64,000 bases of DNA from Heterodontus francisci. Its lineage: Eukaryota. Of the stretch, positions 51,457 through 63,699 are shown piece by piece. The translations under genes were made by a program, and so were the position numbers. Numbering within the stretch: the first letter of the stretch is position 1; the number at the start of each line of letters is the position of its first letter. The DNA is taken from positions 57,816,430 through 57,880,429 of the forward strand of contig NC_090399.1 in the NCBI RefSeq assembly GCF_036365525.1, written 5' to 3'. The notes beneath the pieces are model-generated. The model had not been told where the DNA came from and did no database searches. It saw only the letters and a program-made list of their open reading frames with translations.

Positions 51457-51859
51457 TTTAAATGAGGAAAGATGGGAGGAGGCTTGAGTGGTGCATAAAC
51501 ACCAACATGGACTGGTTGGGCCGAATGGCCAGTTTCTCTACTATTTATCCTATGTAATCTTTCAATCTTCATTGGATATAGGAGCGCTATTGGAGAACTG
51601 GAGGGTTGCTAATGTTATACCACTATTAAAGAAAGGGGAGAGGGATAAACCAGGAAATCACAGGCCAGTCAGCTGATAATTGGTAGTGGGGAAGTTATTC
51701 AAATCCAGTATCAAGGACAAAATTAACTTTCAATTGGAAAGGCATGGGTTAATTAAGAAGAGCCAGCATGGGTTTGTTAAAGGCAAATTGTGTCTGACCA
51801 ACTTGATTGAATTCTTTGATGAGGTAACGAAGAAGATTGATCAACATATTTCAATAGAT

Positions 51860-51962
51860 ATAAAAACAAGAAATGCTGGAACCACTCAGTAGGTCTGACA
51901 GCATCTGTGAAAAGAGAAGCAGAGTTAATGTTTCGGGTCAGTGACCCTTCTTTGGAACTGAC
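51860..51962 (-). mobile_element. Penelope-derived short element (hammerhead core mutated)
   Basis: Same family as 20190-20390; the core reads CCAAAGA...GAAACATT. Confidence 0.65.
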
Positions 51963-53919
51963 AAATAGTTCAATAGATGTTGCACATATGGACTTTTGGA
52001 AGGCGTTCAGCAAAATGCTGCACAGGAGGCTTATTAAGGAGATGTCAGCCCATGGAACCAAGGGGATATGAAACTGGCTCAGTGACTGGAAGCAAAGGAT
52101 GTTGGTAGATGTTTTTCAGATTGGGAAGTGGGGGGCAGTGTTGTTTCCCAAGGGTCAGTTTTGGGTCCATTACTCTTGGCAACATTTATAAATGGCTTAG
52201 GCTTAGGTGTAGGGAACAGCATTATAAAGTTTGCAAATGATAAAACTTTTGGCAAAGTAGTATGGAGTAATGAGGATAGGATGAACATGGAGAGACAATA
52301 TAGAATAAAGGGTACAATTCAGAAGGGGGGGCAGGAGCAGAGGGACCTATGTGTATATGTGCAAAAGTCATTGAAGGTGGCAGGACAGGTTGAAAGAGAG
52401 GTTAATAAAGCATACAGTATCCTGTGCTTTATTAGTAGGGGGATAGAGTACAAGAGCAAGGAAGTTATGTTGAATTTATATAAGACACTAGTTTGGCCTC
52501 AGCTGGAGCATTGCATCCAGTTCTGGTGGCTGCACTTTAGGAAAGATGTGAAGGCATTGGAGAGATTACAGAAAGGATTCACGAGAATGGTTCCAGGGAT
52601 GAAGAACTTCAGTTATGAAGATAGATTGGAGAAGTTAAGACTGTTTTCCTTGGAGAAGAGAACGCTGAGAGGTGATTTGATAGAGGTATTCAAAATCATG
52701 AGGGGTCTGAACAGAGTAGAGAGAGAGAAACTGTTCCCACTCGTGAAAGGATCGAGAATGAGAGGGCACAGATTTCAAGTATTTGGTAAAGTTAAGCTAA
52801 AGTGACATGAGGAAAAGCTGTTTCATGCAGTGAGTGGTTATGGTTTAGAATGCACTGCCTGAGAACGTGGTGGAGGCAGGTTCAATTGAAGCATTCAAAA
52901 GGGAATTAGACAGTTATATGAAAAGGAAGAATGTGCAGGGTTACAGGGAGAAGGCAGCTGAATGGAACTGAGGAAATTGCTCTTTCAGAGAGCCAGTGTA
53001 GACAAGATGGACTGAATGGCCTTCTCCTGCACGGTAACGATTCTGTGATTCAATCATTCTAGGCTTCAGGGTGACAGGATGGTGAAATGGACAAAGACGT
53101 GGCAGGTGAAGTTCAATGTAGGGAAGTGTGAACTGATGCACGTTGGAAGGACTAATGTTGAAAGAATGTAGATATTTTGAAAAGTGTAGATGAATAAAGA
53201 GACCTTGGTTTCCATATGCACAAATCCTTAAAGATGGCACAGCAAGTTGATAAGGTGGTTGTAAAAGTATATGGGTTACATGGATTTATAAATCGAGGTA
53301 CAGAATATAAAAGTAAAGAGATCATGCTAGAACTTTATAAATCACTGGTTAGGCCTCGGTTGGAGTATTGTGGACAATTCCGGCCACCACACTTCCGAAA
53401 AGATGTAAAGGCCTTAGAAAGGGCACAGAGGAGGTTTATCAGGATGTTAACAGAGATAACAGACTATAGTTATGAGGAGAGGTTGGAAAAGTTAGGACCG
53501 TTCCCCTTGGAATAGAGAAGGTTAAGAGGTGACCTAATAGATTTTTTTCAAGATGATGAGCAGTTTTGCTAAGGTAGAGAGAGGAAAGTTATTCCCTCCG
53601 GTGAGTGGGTCAATAACCAGAGGTTATAGATTTAAAATCATTGGTAAAAGATAGAGAGGGGAAATGAGGATTTTTTTTTACTCAGCTGTCGGGATCTGGA
53701 ATGTTCTACCTGAAAAGAAGTGAAAGCTGATTCCAGAAACAATTTTAAACAGGGTGTTGTACAGATATTTGAGGATGATGAGCTGACACATTTAGGGACA
53801 AAAAGCAGACACATGGGACTAAGAATGACTACTCATCCCAAGAGCCAGCATAGGCTCGATGGGCCAAATGGCCTCCTACTGTGCTGTAGGGTTCTATGAT
53901 TCAATGACACGAAGTTCCA

Positions 53920-54145
53920 ACAAAATAAAACACTGCAGATGCTGGAAATCTGAAATAAAAACATAACATTCTAGAAATACTCAGCAGGTCAGGCAGCATC
54001 TATGATGTGAGCAACAGAGTTAATGTTTCAGGTCAATACCACTTTGTCAGAATGGAGGTCACTGATCTGAAAGGTTAACACTATTGCTCTCTGTACAGAT
54101 GCTACCTGACCTGCTGAGTATTTCCAACATTGTCTGTTTTTATTG
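53920..54145. mobile_element. Penelope-derived inverted-repeat element
   Basis: Arms aaatactcagcaggtcaggcagcatct... and ...agatgctacctgacctgctgagtattt form a long imperfect hairpin. Confidence 0.75.
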
Positions 54146-55550
54146 TATTATTCTAAAAGTCCTACCCTTTCCTTATTCACATTTGCAGTATGACCGCAAT
54201 GATTTTTAAAGGGCCACATGGGCCTTTTTCTTCTGACATAATTGTAAAAGCTTTGTGTTAATCTTGATACCCTCATAAATGTCTGTTGATATTTCTGCTC
54301 TTACTGTATGTTCTTTCGCTCTCTCCCAGTCCACTCGATCTATACTATGCTTTGCTTTATCCTTTAGTTTTAGGTTACCTTTCACTTCTTCTCGAGTAGA
54401 CCTCTCGGCCCTTCTCGTTTCTGTATTAAGCTAAATTCTTTTCTGAACACCTCCCACTGTTCATCTGTAGTTTTACCCAATAACAGTTTTGTTCAGTTTG
54501 CGGTCATCAGTCTCTGTCTCATCCTATTAAAAGTTAGCCTTACCAAATTCGAGGATCTTCATAACAGTATTATGTTTTTCCTTTTCAAACATGTCAGGCT
54601 CGCAGTTAAGTAAATGTTCCCTTACCGTTAGATTAACTATGTCTGGCTCACTACTAGATCTAGTGTGGCCTGCCTGTTTGTTGGTTCCAGAAAACTATGT
54701 TGAATGCAGTCAAGAAATTCACAAGCTTTCTGACTTGAGCTACTCTGTTCTTCCCAATCTATATGGGAATTAAAGTCTCCCATTAAAACATCTCTTCATT
54801 TACTACAAGTCTCTTTGATCTCTGAATTAACAGCTATGCAGTGGAAGAATGTATTATCAGGATGCCTGTAGCCAACTCCCATTAAAATTCTTATCACAGT
54901 CTCCATTGATTGCTTTCACTTACCTCGATCCTCTCTTGTTAATGTTGTAACAATCTGGGACAAACTTAATGTCAGGTGGAAAAACATGGGTTAATAAATT
55001 GAAAGCGAGCACAGAATTGTCAAAGGCAAACTTGTCAAACTTGATCAAGTTCTCTGATGAATAGACGGACAGTGTTGATGAGGGTAGTGTGCTGTATGTT
55101 GTGTATATGGGCTTTCAGAAGGCATTTGATAAAGTGCCACAAAATAGACTTACTAGTAAAATTGAAGCCAATGGGATAAGAGGGACAGTGTCAGAGTGGA
55201 TATGGAATTGGATCAGGGACAGAAATCAGAGAGGAATGGTGAATGATTATTTTTCAGACTGGAAGGAAGTAGAAAGTGAAGGATTGGTATGAGGATCACA
55301 TCTCTTTTTGATATATATTAATGATCTGGACTTGGGTATAAGGGCATAAATTCAAGGTGTGCAATGACACAAAACTCAGAAATGCAGTAACCAATGAAGA
55401 GGATTAGAACAGATTTCAGGAGGACATAGACAGACTGGTGAAATGGGCAGACATGTGACAAATGCAGTTTAATGCAGAGAAGTGTTAGGTGATTGATTTT
55501 GGAAGGCAGAATGAGGAGAGGTGATTCTAAACAGTCACTGTTCCTCTTAC

Positions 55551-55826
55551 CCCAGTCTAGGATCTCCATTCCTTCTTTTTCGCTTTGCTCATACTGACAG
55601 GAATAGTTGGCACCATTCTCAGGTGCGATCTGAACCCATCTCCTGAGCTGGTAGGTGCCATCGTGGTTGGGTAGGATGCCAGTGGAACATGTGTCTGCAA
55701 TCGGTGCGCCATTTCTCAAGAGGGTGACTTCGATATCGCGAGGGTAAAATCCTGTGACGAGGCAGCAGAGTTGTGTCGGTTTAGCAGCTGATGCCTTGTC
55801 CGCGGAAAGAAACACTTGAGGAGCAA
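55551..55826 (-). CDS. UAA: MHC class I heavy chain, alpha3 (C1-set Ig) exon
   Basis: VAPQVFLS...LCCLVTGFYPRDIEVTLLRNG...ILPNHDGTYQLRRW...YSCQY...LDW. ctctcAG acceptor, GTAAG donor; 276 nt, phase 1/1. Confidence 0.96.
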
Positions 55827-55864
55827 CTGAGAGTAAAACAGATCAGAGGCAGGTCAGTGTGAGA

Positions 55865-56005
55865 GACAGGGAATGGTAAATATCCCTTTAAATTGGGGAT
55901 TAGACCCCTGACCCCAGGGAAAGGTACATACCCCTTTAAACTGGGGTTTAGACACCCTGACTCCAGGTAACAGTACGTACCCCTTTAAACTGGGGTTTAG
56001 ACCAC
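55865..56005 (+). repeat. ~49-bp tandem repeat (3 copies) with near-palindrome cccctttaaactgggg
   Basis: Visible directly in the alpha2-alpha3 intron. Confidence 0.8.
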
Positions 56006-56404
56006 CGACTCTCAGTCACCTCTTCTGACTCACCGACTCTCAGTCCCCCCTTTACTCACCAACACTCAGTCCCTTCCCCCTCAATCACCGACTCTCAGTC
56101 CCTCCTCCCTCGCTCACCGACTCTCAGTCCCCCCTCACTCACCAACTCTCAGTCCCCCCTCACTCAGAGTCTCAGACCCCCTCACTCAGAGTCTCAGTCC
56201 CCCCTCACTCAGAGTCTCAGTCCCCCCCTCACTCGCTGAGTCTCAGTCCCACCTTACTCGCTGACTTTCAGTCCCCCCTCACTCGCTGACTCTCAGTCCC
56301 CCCCCCTCACTAACTGACTCTCAGACCCCCCTCACTCACTGACTCTCAGTCCCACCTCATTCACTGACTCTCCCCCCTCCCCCCACCCCCACCCACTCAC
56401 TCAC
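56003..56404 (-). repeat. ~22-28 bp minisatellite GGGGGACTGAGAGTC(G/A)GTGAGTGA
   Basis: Tandem array starting right after the alpha2 donor site. Confidence 0.9.
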
Positions 56405-56677
56405 CGTGTCTCAGTTCCTTTTCTCCAAGTTTCAGGTACTTCTTCAGCCATTCGATGCAGGTCCCCTCCAGGTAACCCTTCCTCTGCTGGTTCCTGGCCT
56501 TGTCCTGGTCCCACTTGTTCTTGGTAATCAGTCCCCAGCTTACCGGTGTTACCCACACCATGTTATCCTTATCAAAGCTGATGTAATCCCGCCCGTCCCA
56601 GCCTTCCTGATGGAACCCGCTGGTGCTCCCGTCATCCCGCAGCTCACAGCCATACATCACCTGTACTGTGTGGATCC
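56405..56677 (-). CDS. UAA: MHC class I heavy chain, alpha2 domain exon
   Basis: GIHTVQVMYGCELRDDG...DGRDYISFDKD...ITKNKWDQD...GYLEGTCIEWLKKYL. Both disulfide Cys, Y123, T143, K146, W147, Y159 and Y171 present. ttgacAG acceptor, GTGAG donor; 273 nt, phase 1/1. Confidence 0.97.
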
Positions 56678-56949
56678 CTGTCAATCAAACACACACAGCC
56701 AATCAGAGCCAAATAACAGAGAGCCAACAGTTCTGACTGCCTTCCACAACTGTCAGTGAAACACACACAGCCAAACAGATCCAGGAGCAGAGTGAAGGGG
56801 AGGTGGGGGAAAGAGGGAAAGCCGGGAATGATTGGGAGTTGGTAAAGAGCTGGTCCTGTCTTTCAGCCCCACAACAAAGTGCATCACTCTACCCAATTCC
56901 CGGCTTCTGTTTACTATATAGTGGAGAGACCATTACGGTTGGAACGTCT

Positions 56950-57310
56950 GAAACAAAAATTGTGTTTGGAAAATATGTTCGAGATTTTTGAAGAAGTAAC
57001 TGATAAGATGAATAAGAGGTACCAATGAATGTAGTGTATTTGAATTTTCAAAAAGCATTCAATGAGGTGCCATCCAAGAGCTTTTTTCCACTAAATTAGG
57101 ACTCAAGGCTTTGAGGATTAGTTAAAGGACAGAAAACAGAGAGTAGGAATAAACGGGTCATCTCCGGGATGGCAGGCTGTAATGAGTTGGGTACCACAGG
57201 GATCAGTACTTGGGTCTCAGCTATTTAGGCCCAAGACACAAAAAGTTCCACAGAGGGATAGGGCAGGTTGAGTGAGTAGGCAAGAACATGTCAGATGAAA
57301 TACAATGTGG
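56950..57310 (+). mobile_element. old CR1 fragment
   Basis: VVYLNFQKAF and VPQGSVLG remnants. Confidence 0.75.
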
Positions 57311-58716
57311 TAGGGTGGCCATTTGGTCTGCATCCATTACTTTGGAAATGTCCAGCCTCTCGTCTTCATTGGCTAATATCAGTGTCATTTAAAATCAGAA
57401 TTCTATTGGTCCTGTGAGTACCCGCAAAGATCCTATTGGACCTAACCATGTGCCTGTCTTTTAGACGCCCGAACGCTATATCTGTTGCTTGTACTGTGAT
57501 GAAAGTGGAGCCATTGTCTTCTTCATCAAAATGCTCAAGCAAAAGACATTGTTCAACGCAGTATGGTCAAAAGAAAGTGATTTCATAGCAAAAAAAAAAA
57601 TCAGGAAGGGAGAGGATCAAACACTCTGCATTTTGTACCAAGGTGATACCAATGTCAGCCACCAAGGAAAGGGAGATGTGGATCAACACATTTTGTTGGA
57701 AAAACACAAAGTGAGCACCCAATTTGCAAGTACATCATCATTGAGGTCTTTTTTTCAAATCATCTGCATCACCTCAAAACAATAAAGTAACTGCTGCTGA
57801 ACTACAAATGTCTGCCACGCGGTGAAGAATCACCAGTCTTATAGAAATATCGACTGCAGTACAAGGTGACAAAGAAATCTCCTTCATACCAAGAGACCTG
57901 ACATGTGGGGAAACAAAGGCAAAAACACTGAGCGAGAAGCTTCATGCAGAAGTACTTGGATTGCATTAAAGCAGATGATCTTTTTATTTTCTTTGGCAAT
58001 TGATGCGTCAAACAAGGGTGAAACAAAATGTTTCCCCTTCGGTTTGGGATATTTTAATTTTGAGAAGGGGATCCCGCATTTACTGTTGGATTTTTATACT
58101 GATAGCCAGGAAACCTGGGAAGCAATCGCAACAGAAAAATGATCCAAACTCAGTGCCTTTGATCTCATCCCATGAAGACTTTCCGTGTATTTGGCTGACA
58201 ACACAAGTGTTAATTCTGAAAAGCACAACAGTATTTACCAAGAAGTAAAAGGCTCTTAAACGGACATAGTTGCAGCCAACTGTTTGGCTCATATTTTGCA
58301 TAATACAACAAGGTACATCATCTGAAACCTCGCTGTTGATACAAAAAACCATCATTCTCAAGGTATACGGTCACTTCCACACTTCTGCAATCAGAACAGA
58401 GCATTTAAGGGAGTTTTGTGACTTTGTTGGCGTGGAGGAGCGCAATCTGTTGAAGCACGTTGTGATCAGGTGGCTTTTTCTACTGCTGGCTATTGACACA
58501 TTGTGGAAATGCTGGAAAACTCGAACAAGATCATTTCAGAGTTTAGGTGAGCAAGAATTCCCCAAAATACGATGGAAATGCTTCAGGGATGAGGAGGTTG
58601 CTAATGACGTGGCTGAGCTTTACTTTCTCTTTCTCAGCATTGCTCAAACTATTCACTTTATCAAAGCTTTAGAGGTCAAGTCGTTCAGCATCCTCCTGGT
58701 GTATGAGCTGATTTAA
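57311..58716 (+). mobile_element. hAT-superfamily DNA transposon fossil (transposase pseudogene)
   Basis: Starts TAGGGTGGCC. Fragments resemble a BED-like finger (SHQGKGDVDQH..EKH), the first catalytic strand (SLAIDASN), C.AH and LKHVVIRWL. Many frameshifts; right end missing. Confidence 0.75.
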
Positions 58717-58734
58717 TTAAATTAAATCAATCAG

Positions 58735-60310
58735 ATTAGAGAACATAGGAAATTGGAGCAAGAGTAGGCCATTCAGCCCCTTGAGCCTACTCCACCATTT
58801 AACTAGATCATGGCTGATTTTCTACCCTAAGGGCATCCTCCTGCACTATCCCCATACTCATTGATATCTTCAATATCCAGAGAACTATCAATCTCTCTCT
58901 TGAACACACTCAATGACTGAGCCTCCACAGCCCGCTGGGTTAGAGAATTCCTAAGATTTACTACCCTCTGAGTGAAGAAATTCATCCTCATCTCAGTCCT
59001 AAATGGCCTAATCCTTAATCTGAGACTGTGGCCGCTGGTTCGAGACTCCCCAGCCAGGGGAAACCTCCATCCTGCATCAACCTTGTCGAGACTTCGAAGA
59101 ATTTTGTATGCTTCAGAGATCATTCTTCCAAACTCTAGTGCATCGAGGCCCAGTCTCCTCAATCTCTCCTCATAGGACAATCCCACCATCCCAGGAATCA
59201 GTTTAGTGAACCTTTGTTGCACTCCCTCGATGGCAAGTATATCCTTCCAGAGGCAAGGAGACCAAAACTATACTCGACACTCCAGGTACGGTCTCACCAA
59301 GGCTCTATAAAATTGCAGCAAGACATCTTTACTCCTGTACTCAAATCCTCTTGCAATATAAGCCAACATACCACTTGCCTTCCTAATTGCTTGCTGCACC
59401 GATAGTCATAGAGTTATACAGCACAGAAATAGGCCCTTTGGCCCATCGTGTTCGTACTGGCCATCAAGCACCTAACTATTCTAATCCCATTTTCCAGCAC
59501 TTGGCCCATCGCCTTGTATACTGTGGCGTTTTTTTTTAAACACCTGCATGTTACTTTTTAGTGACTGATGAACAAGGAGACCCAGGTCCCTTTGGACATC
59601 AACACTTCCCATTCTCTCACCATTTAAGAAATACTCTGCATTTCTGTTTTTCCAACCAAAGTGGATCCACATTATATTCCACCTGTCATGTTCTTGTCCA
59701 TTCACTTAGCCTATCTAAATCCCCTTGAAGCCTCTTTGTATGCTCCTCACAACTCACATTGCCTCCTAGTTTTGTGTCATCAGCATAATTGGAAATATTA
59801 CATTTGGTCCCTATATCCAAATCATTGATATAGATTGTGAATAGCTGGGATCCAAGCACTGATTCCTGCCATACACCACTAGTCACAGCCTGCCAACCTG
59901 AAAATGGCCCATTTATTCCTACTCCATGTTTTCTGGTCATTAACCAATTCTCAGTCCATGCCAGTATATTACCCCCAATCCCATGTGCTCTAATTTTGCT
60001 TACTTACTCTTGTGTGGGACCTTATCGAATGCCTTCTGACAATCCAAATACACCACATCCTCCGGTTCCGCCTCATCTATCCTGCTAATTACATCCTCAA
60101 AATATTCCAACAGGTTTGTCAAACATAATTTTCCTTTCATAAATCCATGGTGACTCTGCCCAATCCAACCATTATTTTCTAAGTGACCAGTTATCACATC
60201 CTTTATAATAGATTCTAGCATTTCCCCTACTAATGTCGGGCTAACATGTCTGTAGTTACCTATTTTCTCTCTCCCTCCTTTCTTAAATAGTGAGGTTACT
60301 TTTTCTACCT
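58735..60310 (-). mobile_element. CR1 fragment with a nested short CR1 tail (~59402-59535)
   Basis: ORFs 60000-60353, 59686-59940 (YADD) and 58827-59222. Confidence 0.9.
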
Positions 60311-60329
60311 TCGATATGATAACTACAAT

Positions 60330-60882
60330 TACACAGGGTATTGTTGAGGTCACACCTGGAATATTGTGTGCAGTTTAAGGAAAGAACGTACTTGCCCGAG
60401 ATGGAGTATAACAAAGGTTCTCTAGACTGATTCCAGTTAATTGGCCTATAAGAAGAAATTGAGTATGGTAGACCTATATTCCCTGGAATTTAGAAGAATG
60501 GGAAGTGATCTAATTGGAATATACAAGATTCTGAAGGGGCTTGACAGAGTAGACACTGAGAGGTTGATTCCCCTGTTCGGGGAATCTAGAATACGGGGTC
60601 ACAGTCTCAGAATAAGGAGTTGGTCATTGTAGATTGAGTTGAAAAAAAAATGTCTTCATGCAGAAGGTTGTGAATCTTTGGAATTCTCCACCCTAAAGAA
60701 CTGTGGATGCTCACTCATTGAGTAGATTCAAGACAAAGGTTGATAGATTTTTGGGTGCAAAGGGAATGAAGGGAGGGGAGGACGGTGCAGGAAGGTGGAA
60801 TTGAGATAGAAGATCAGCCATGATCTTTTAAATGTTGGAAAAGGCTCAATAGTCTATTCCTGCTCCTATTTCTTAAGTTCTT
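60330..60882 (+). mobile_element. CR1 3' fragment
   Basis: ORF 60441-60632 plus CR1 tail. Confidence 0.85.
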
Positions 60883-60943
60883 TTGAGACACAGCAGGGGT
60901 AGGGGAACAGAGAGAGACGAGTTGGGGGAGTAGAGAGACACAG

Positions 60944-61751
60944 GGGGCTGAAATTTATAGTCCTGTCACCATAATCGGCGGTGGGCGAAAGCAGGGCGGG
61001 CTGCACATTGCACAGCCCCCGCGATATTAAGTGCGGCGGCTCATTTAAATAGCCGATTCGGACCGCCCACCACGATGACATGGAGAGGGCGGCTGACCGT
61101 CCCCGGCAACAGCGTCAGCTACCTTTGTGCAGGCGCTGAGGCCATTTTTAAAGGGCTTCCAACCCTAGATTTCAATTTAAATATTTAAAGAGCGATTGAT
61201 TTTTTAAAATTAAATAAATTGATCTTGCCCCTCTCCCACCAACCCCCCCCAATAACCATCGATTAAATTACCAGCCCTCTCCCCCTACAAAACAGTTACC
61301 TTGCGCACCTGACCTTCCCCCCACAATGTGCATCAACTTTACACTTCACCCCTTCCCCCCCATCCCCTGCACCAATGAGATAACTGTGACCCAACTCCCT
61401 CCTCTCCACACAGAGAAACACACCTGCTCCGCCCTCTCCACCAGTGTTCCGCCTTTAATCCCTGGACGGGGATCCGAAGGTGTGGGATTGCCGGCCACTG
61501 ACACAAATATCACACCAGGACAGACGGCGGGAGTGTAAAGGGAATTTCTTTGTTTATTTAAATTAATTTATGTATTTAAATTGGGCTCCCGACGCCAAGC
61601 GGTGGGAGTGCCGCCATGAGGCCTCGTCACCGCCGGCAATATCGGGCCGGGCCTTCCCGGCATCATGGTCTGTGGTGAGCCTGTCCCTCAGGCATTTTCC
61701 GGACTCCCCACACCACAACCCCTGATGTCAGGGGGTCTGTAAAATTCTCCC
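60944..61751. mobile_element. MITE-like DNA transposon (possibly PIF/Harbinger)
   Basis: Imperfect TIRs ggggctgaaattt...aaaattctccc with an apparent 3-bp CAG duplication; related to 4693-5410. Confidence 0.65.
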
Positions 61752-62104
61752 CAGGGGAACAGAAAGGCATGAGGAGTGAAGAGAGAGAGAGAGAGAGAAA
61801 CAGGGTGTGGGAAGAAGAGAAAAACTAGGGAGGGTGGGGGAACAGTTAGAAATGGGATGGGAAATAGATATGGAGGGGAATAGTGAGACACAGGAGCGGA
61901 ATAGATCGAGAGACATAGGAGGGGAAAAGATAGAGAGACACAGGAGGGGAATAGATAGAGAGACACAGGAGGGGAAAAGAGAGACACAGGAGGGGAAAAG
62001 AGGGACATGGGGAGGGTTCAGAGAGAGACGGTGGGGGGGGGGGGGGTGTGCGTGGTGGGATAGTGACACGGGAGTTGAGAAAAACCAGGGGAGTTGGGGG
62101 AATA

Positions 62105-63003
62105 GAAACATACATAGAAACATAGAAAATTGGAGCAGGAGTAGGACATTCGGCCCTTCGAGCCTGCTCCACCATTCATTATGATCATAGCTGATCGCTG
62201 TGGTTAGCACCGCAGCCTCACAGCTCCAGCGACCTGGGTTCAATTCTGGGTACTGCCTGTGTGAAGTTTGCAAGTTCTCCCTGTGTCTGCGTGGGTTTTC
62301 TCCGGGTGCTCCGGTTTCCTCCCACAGCCAATAGACTTGCAGGTTGATAGGTAAATTGGCCATTATAAATTGCCCCTAGTATAGGTAGGTGGTAGGGAAA
62401 TATAGAGACAGGTGGGGGATGTAGTAGAAATATGTATAGGATTAGTATAAATGGGTGGTTAATGGTCGGCACAGACTCGGTGGGCCGAAGGGCCTGTTTC
62501 AGTGCTGTATCTCTAAATCTAAATCTAAATCCAACTCAGTAACCTGGTCCCGCTTTCGCCCCATACCCTTTGATCCCTTTAGACCCAAGAGCTATATCTA
62601 ACTCCTTCTTGAAAACATACTATGTTTTGGCCTCAACTGCTTTCTGTGGTAGTGAATTCCACAGGCTCACCATTCTCTGGGTAAAGAAAGTTCTCCACAT
62701 CTCAGTCCTGAAAGGTTCAAGCCCTGTTAGAATTTTATAGGTTTCTATGAGATTCTCCCTCACTCTTCTGAACTCCAGCGAATATAATCCTTAGCGACTT
62801 AATCTTTCCTCATACCTCAGTCCCGCCATCCCAGGAATCAGTCTGTTAAACCTTTGCTGCACTCCCTCTATAGCAAGAACATCCTTCCTCAGATAAGGAG
62901 ACCAAAACTGCTCACAATATTTCAGGTGTGGCCTCACCAAGGCCCTGTATAATTGCAACAAGACATCCCTGCTTCTGTACTCGAATCCTCTCACTATGAA
63001 GGC
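62105..63003 (-). mobile_element. CR1 3' fragment with nested SINE
   Basis: RGFEYRSRDVLLQLYRALVRPHLKYC; tail with (TTTCTATG)n. Confidence 0.9.
62197..62530 (+). mobile_element. V-SINE (HE1-like), slightly 5'-truncated
   Basis: Near-identical to 51120-51456; (CTAAAT)n tail. Confidence 0.92.
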
Positions 63004-63009
63004 ATGGAG

Positions 63010-63690
63010 TGTCAAATAGATATGTGGGGGGAATAGAGAGATACGGGAGGGAGGAATAGAGAGACATGGGGGTAGAATAAAGACAGATGGAGGAATAGAG
63101 AGACATGGGAGGGGATATAGAGAGTTACTGGGGTGAAAATAGAGCAGCAAAGGGGTGAAATACAGAGACACGGGGGGCATAGAGAGAGAGAGAGACGGAT
63201 GGGTGTATAGAGAAACATTGTGGGGGAGGCAGTTGAGAGACTGGGGTCTAATAGAAAGACACCGTAGTGGAACAGTGAGACTTGGAGGGAATAGAGAGAC
63301 ATGATGGGGTTTGGGGGGCGGGGGGGGGGGGAGGGGTTGGGGGTTGGGAATAGAGAGACACTGGGGTGGAGTAGAGAGGCACAGAGTGGTGTAGAGAGAG
63401 ATGTGGGGGAGGAGGCAATTGAGAGATGGGGGTCCAATAGGAAGACACCTTGGTGGAAAAGAGAGACTTGGAGGGGAATAGAGAGAGATGGGGGAATAGA
63501 GAGACACGGAGAGAGGAATAGAGAGACAGGGTGGTGGAATAGACAAATATGGGAGGGGGAAATAGACACAACGGTGGGGAATAGAGAGACACGGTGAGGC
63601 TTGAATTTAGGAATATGAGACAGTAAATAGACATGAGGAAAATGTAGAGAGAAACAGTGGTGCGGGAATAGAGAGCATTGTGGGAGGGCA
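63010..63690 (+). repeat. degenerate purine-rich repeat GGGAATAGAGAGAC(A)n (also ~61760-62105)
   Basis: Recurrent ggaatagagagac motif next to the alpha1 donor; split by the CR1 and MITE insertions. Confidence 0.8.
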
Positions 63691-63699
63691 AGGTCTCAC

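Larger units (their letters stand above)
47940..55520. mobile_element. cluster of CR1 fragments in both orientations filling the alpha3-TM intron
   Basis: Endonuclease piece ~47940-48754 (+; GEFNHPNIDW, LGNSDHN). RT/3' pieces ~48900-50290 (-), 50380-51555 (+), 51560-53055 (+), 53070-53900 (+), 54130-54940 (-) and 54950-55520 (+). Confidence 0.85.

Noticed and set aside
62791-63699. ORF extensions beyond the alpha1 exon (63248-64000, 62791-63546)
   Set aside because: Read-through into low-complexity intron and CR1; the class I homology stops at the GT donor at 63699.
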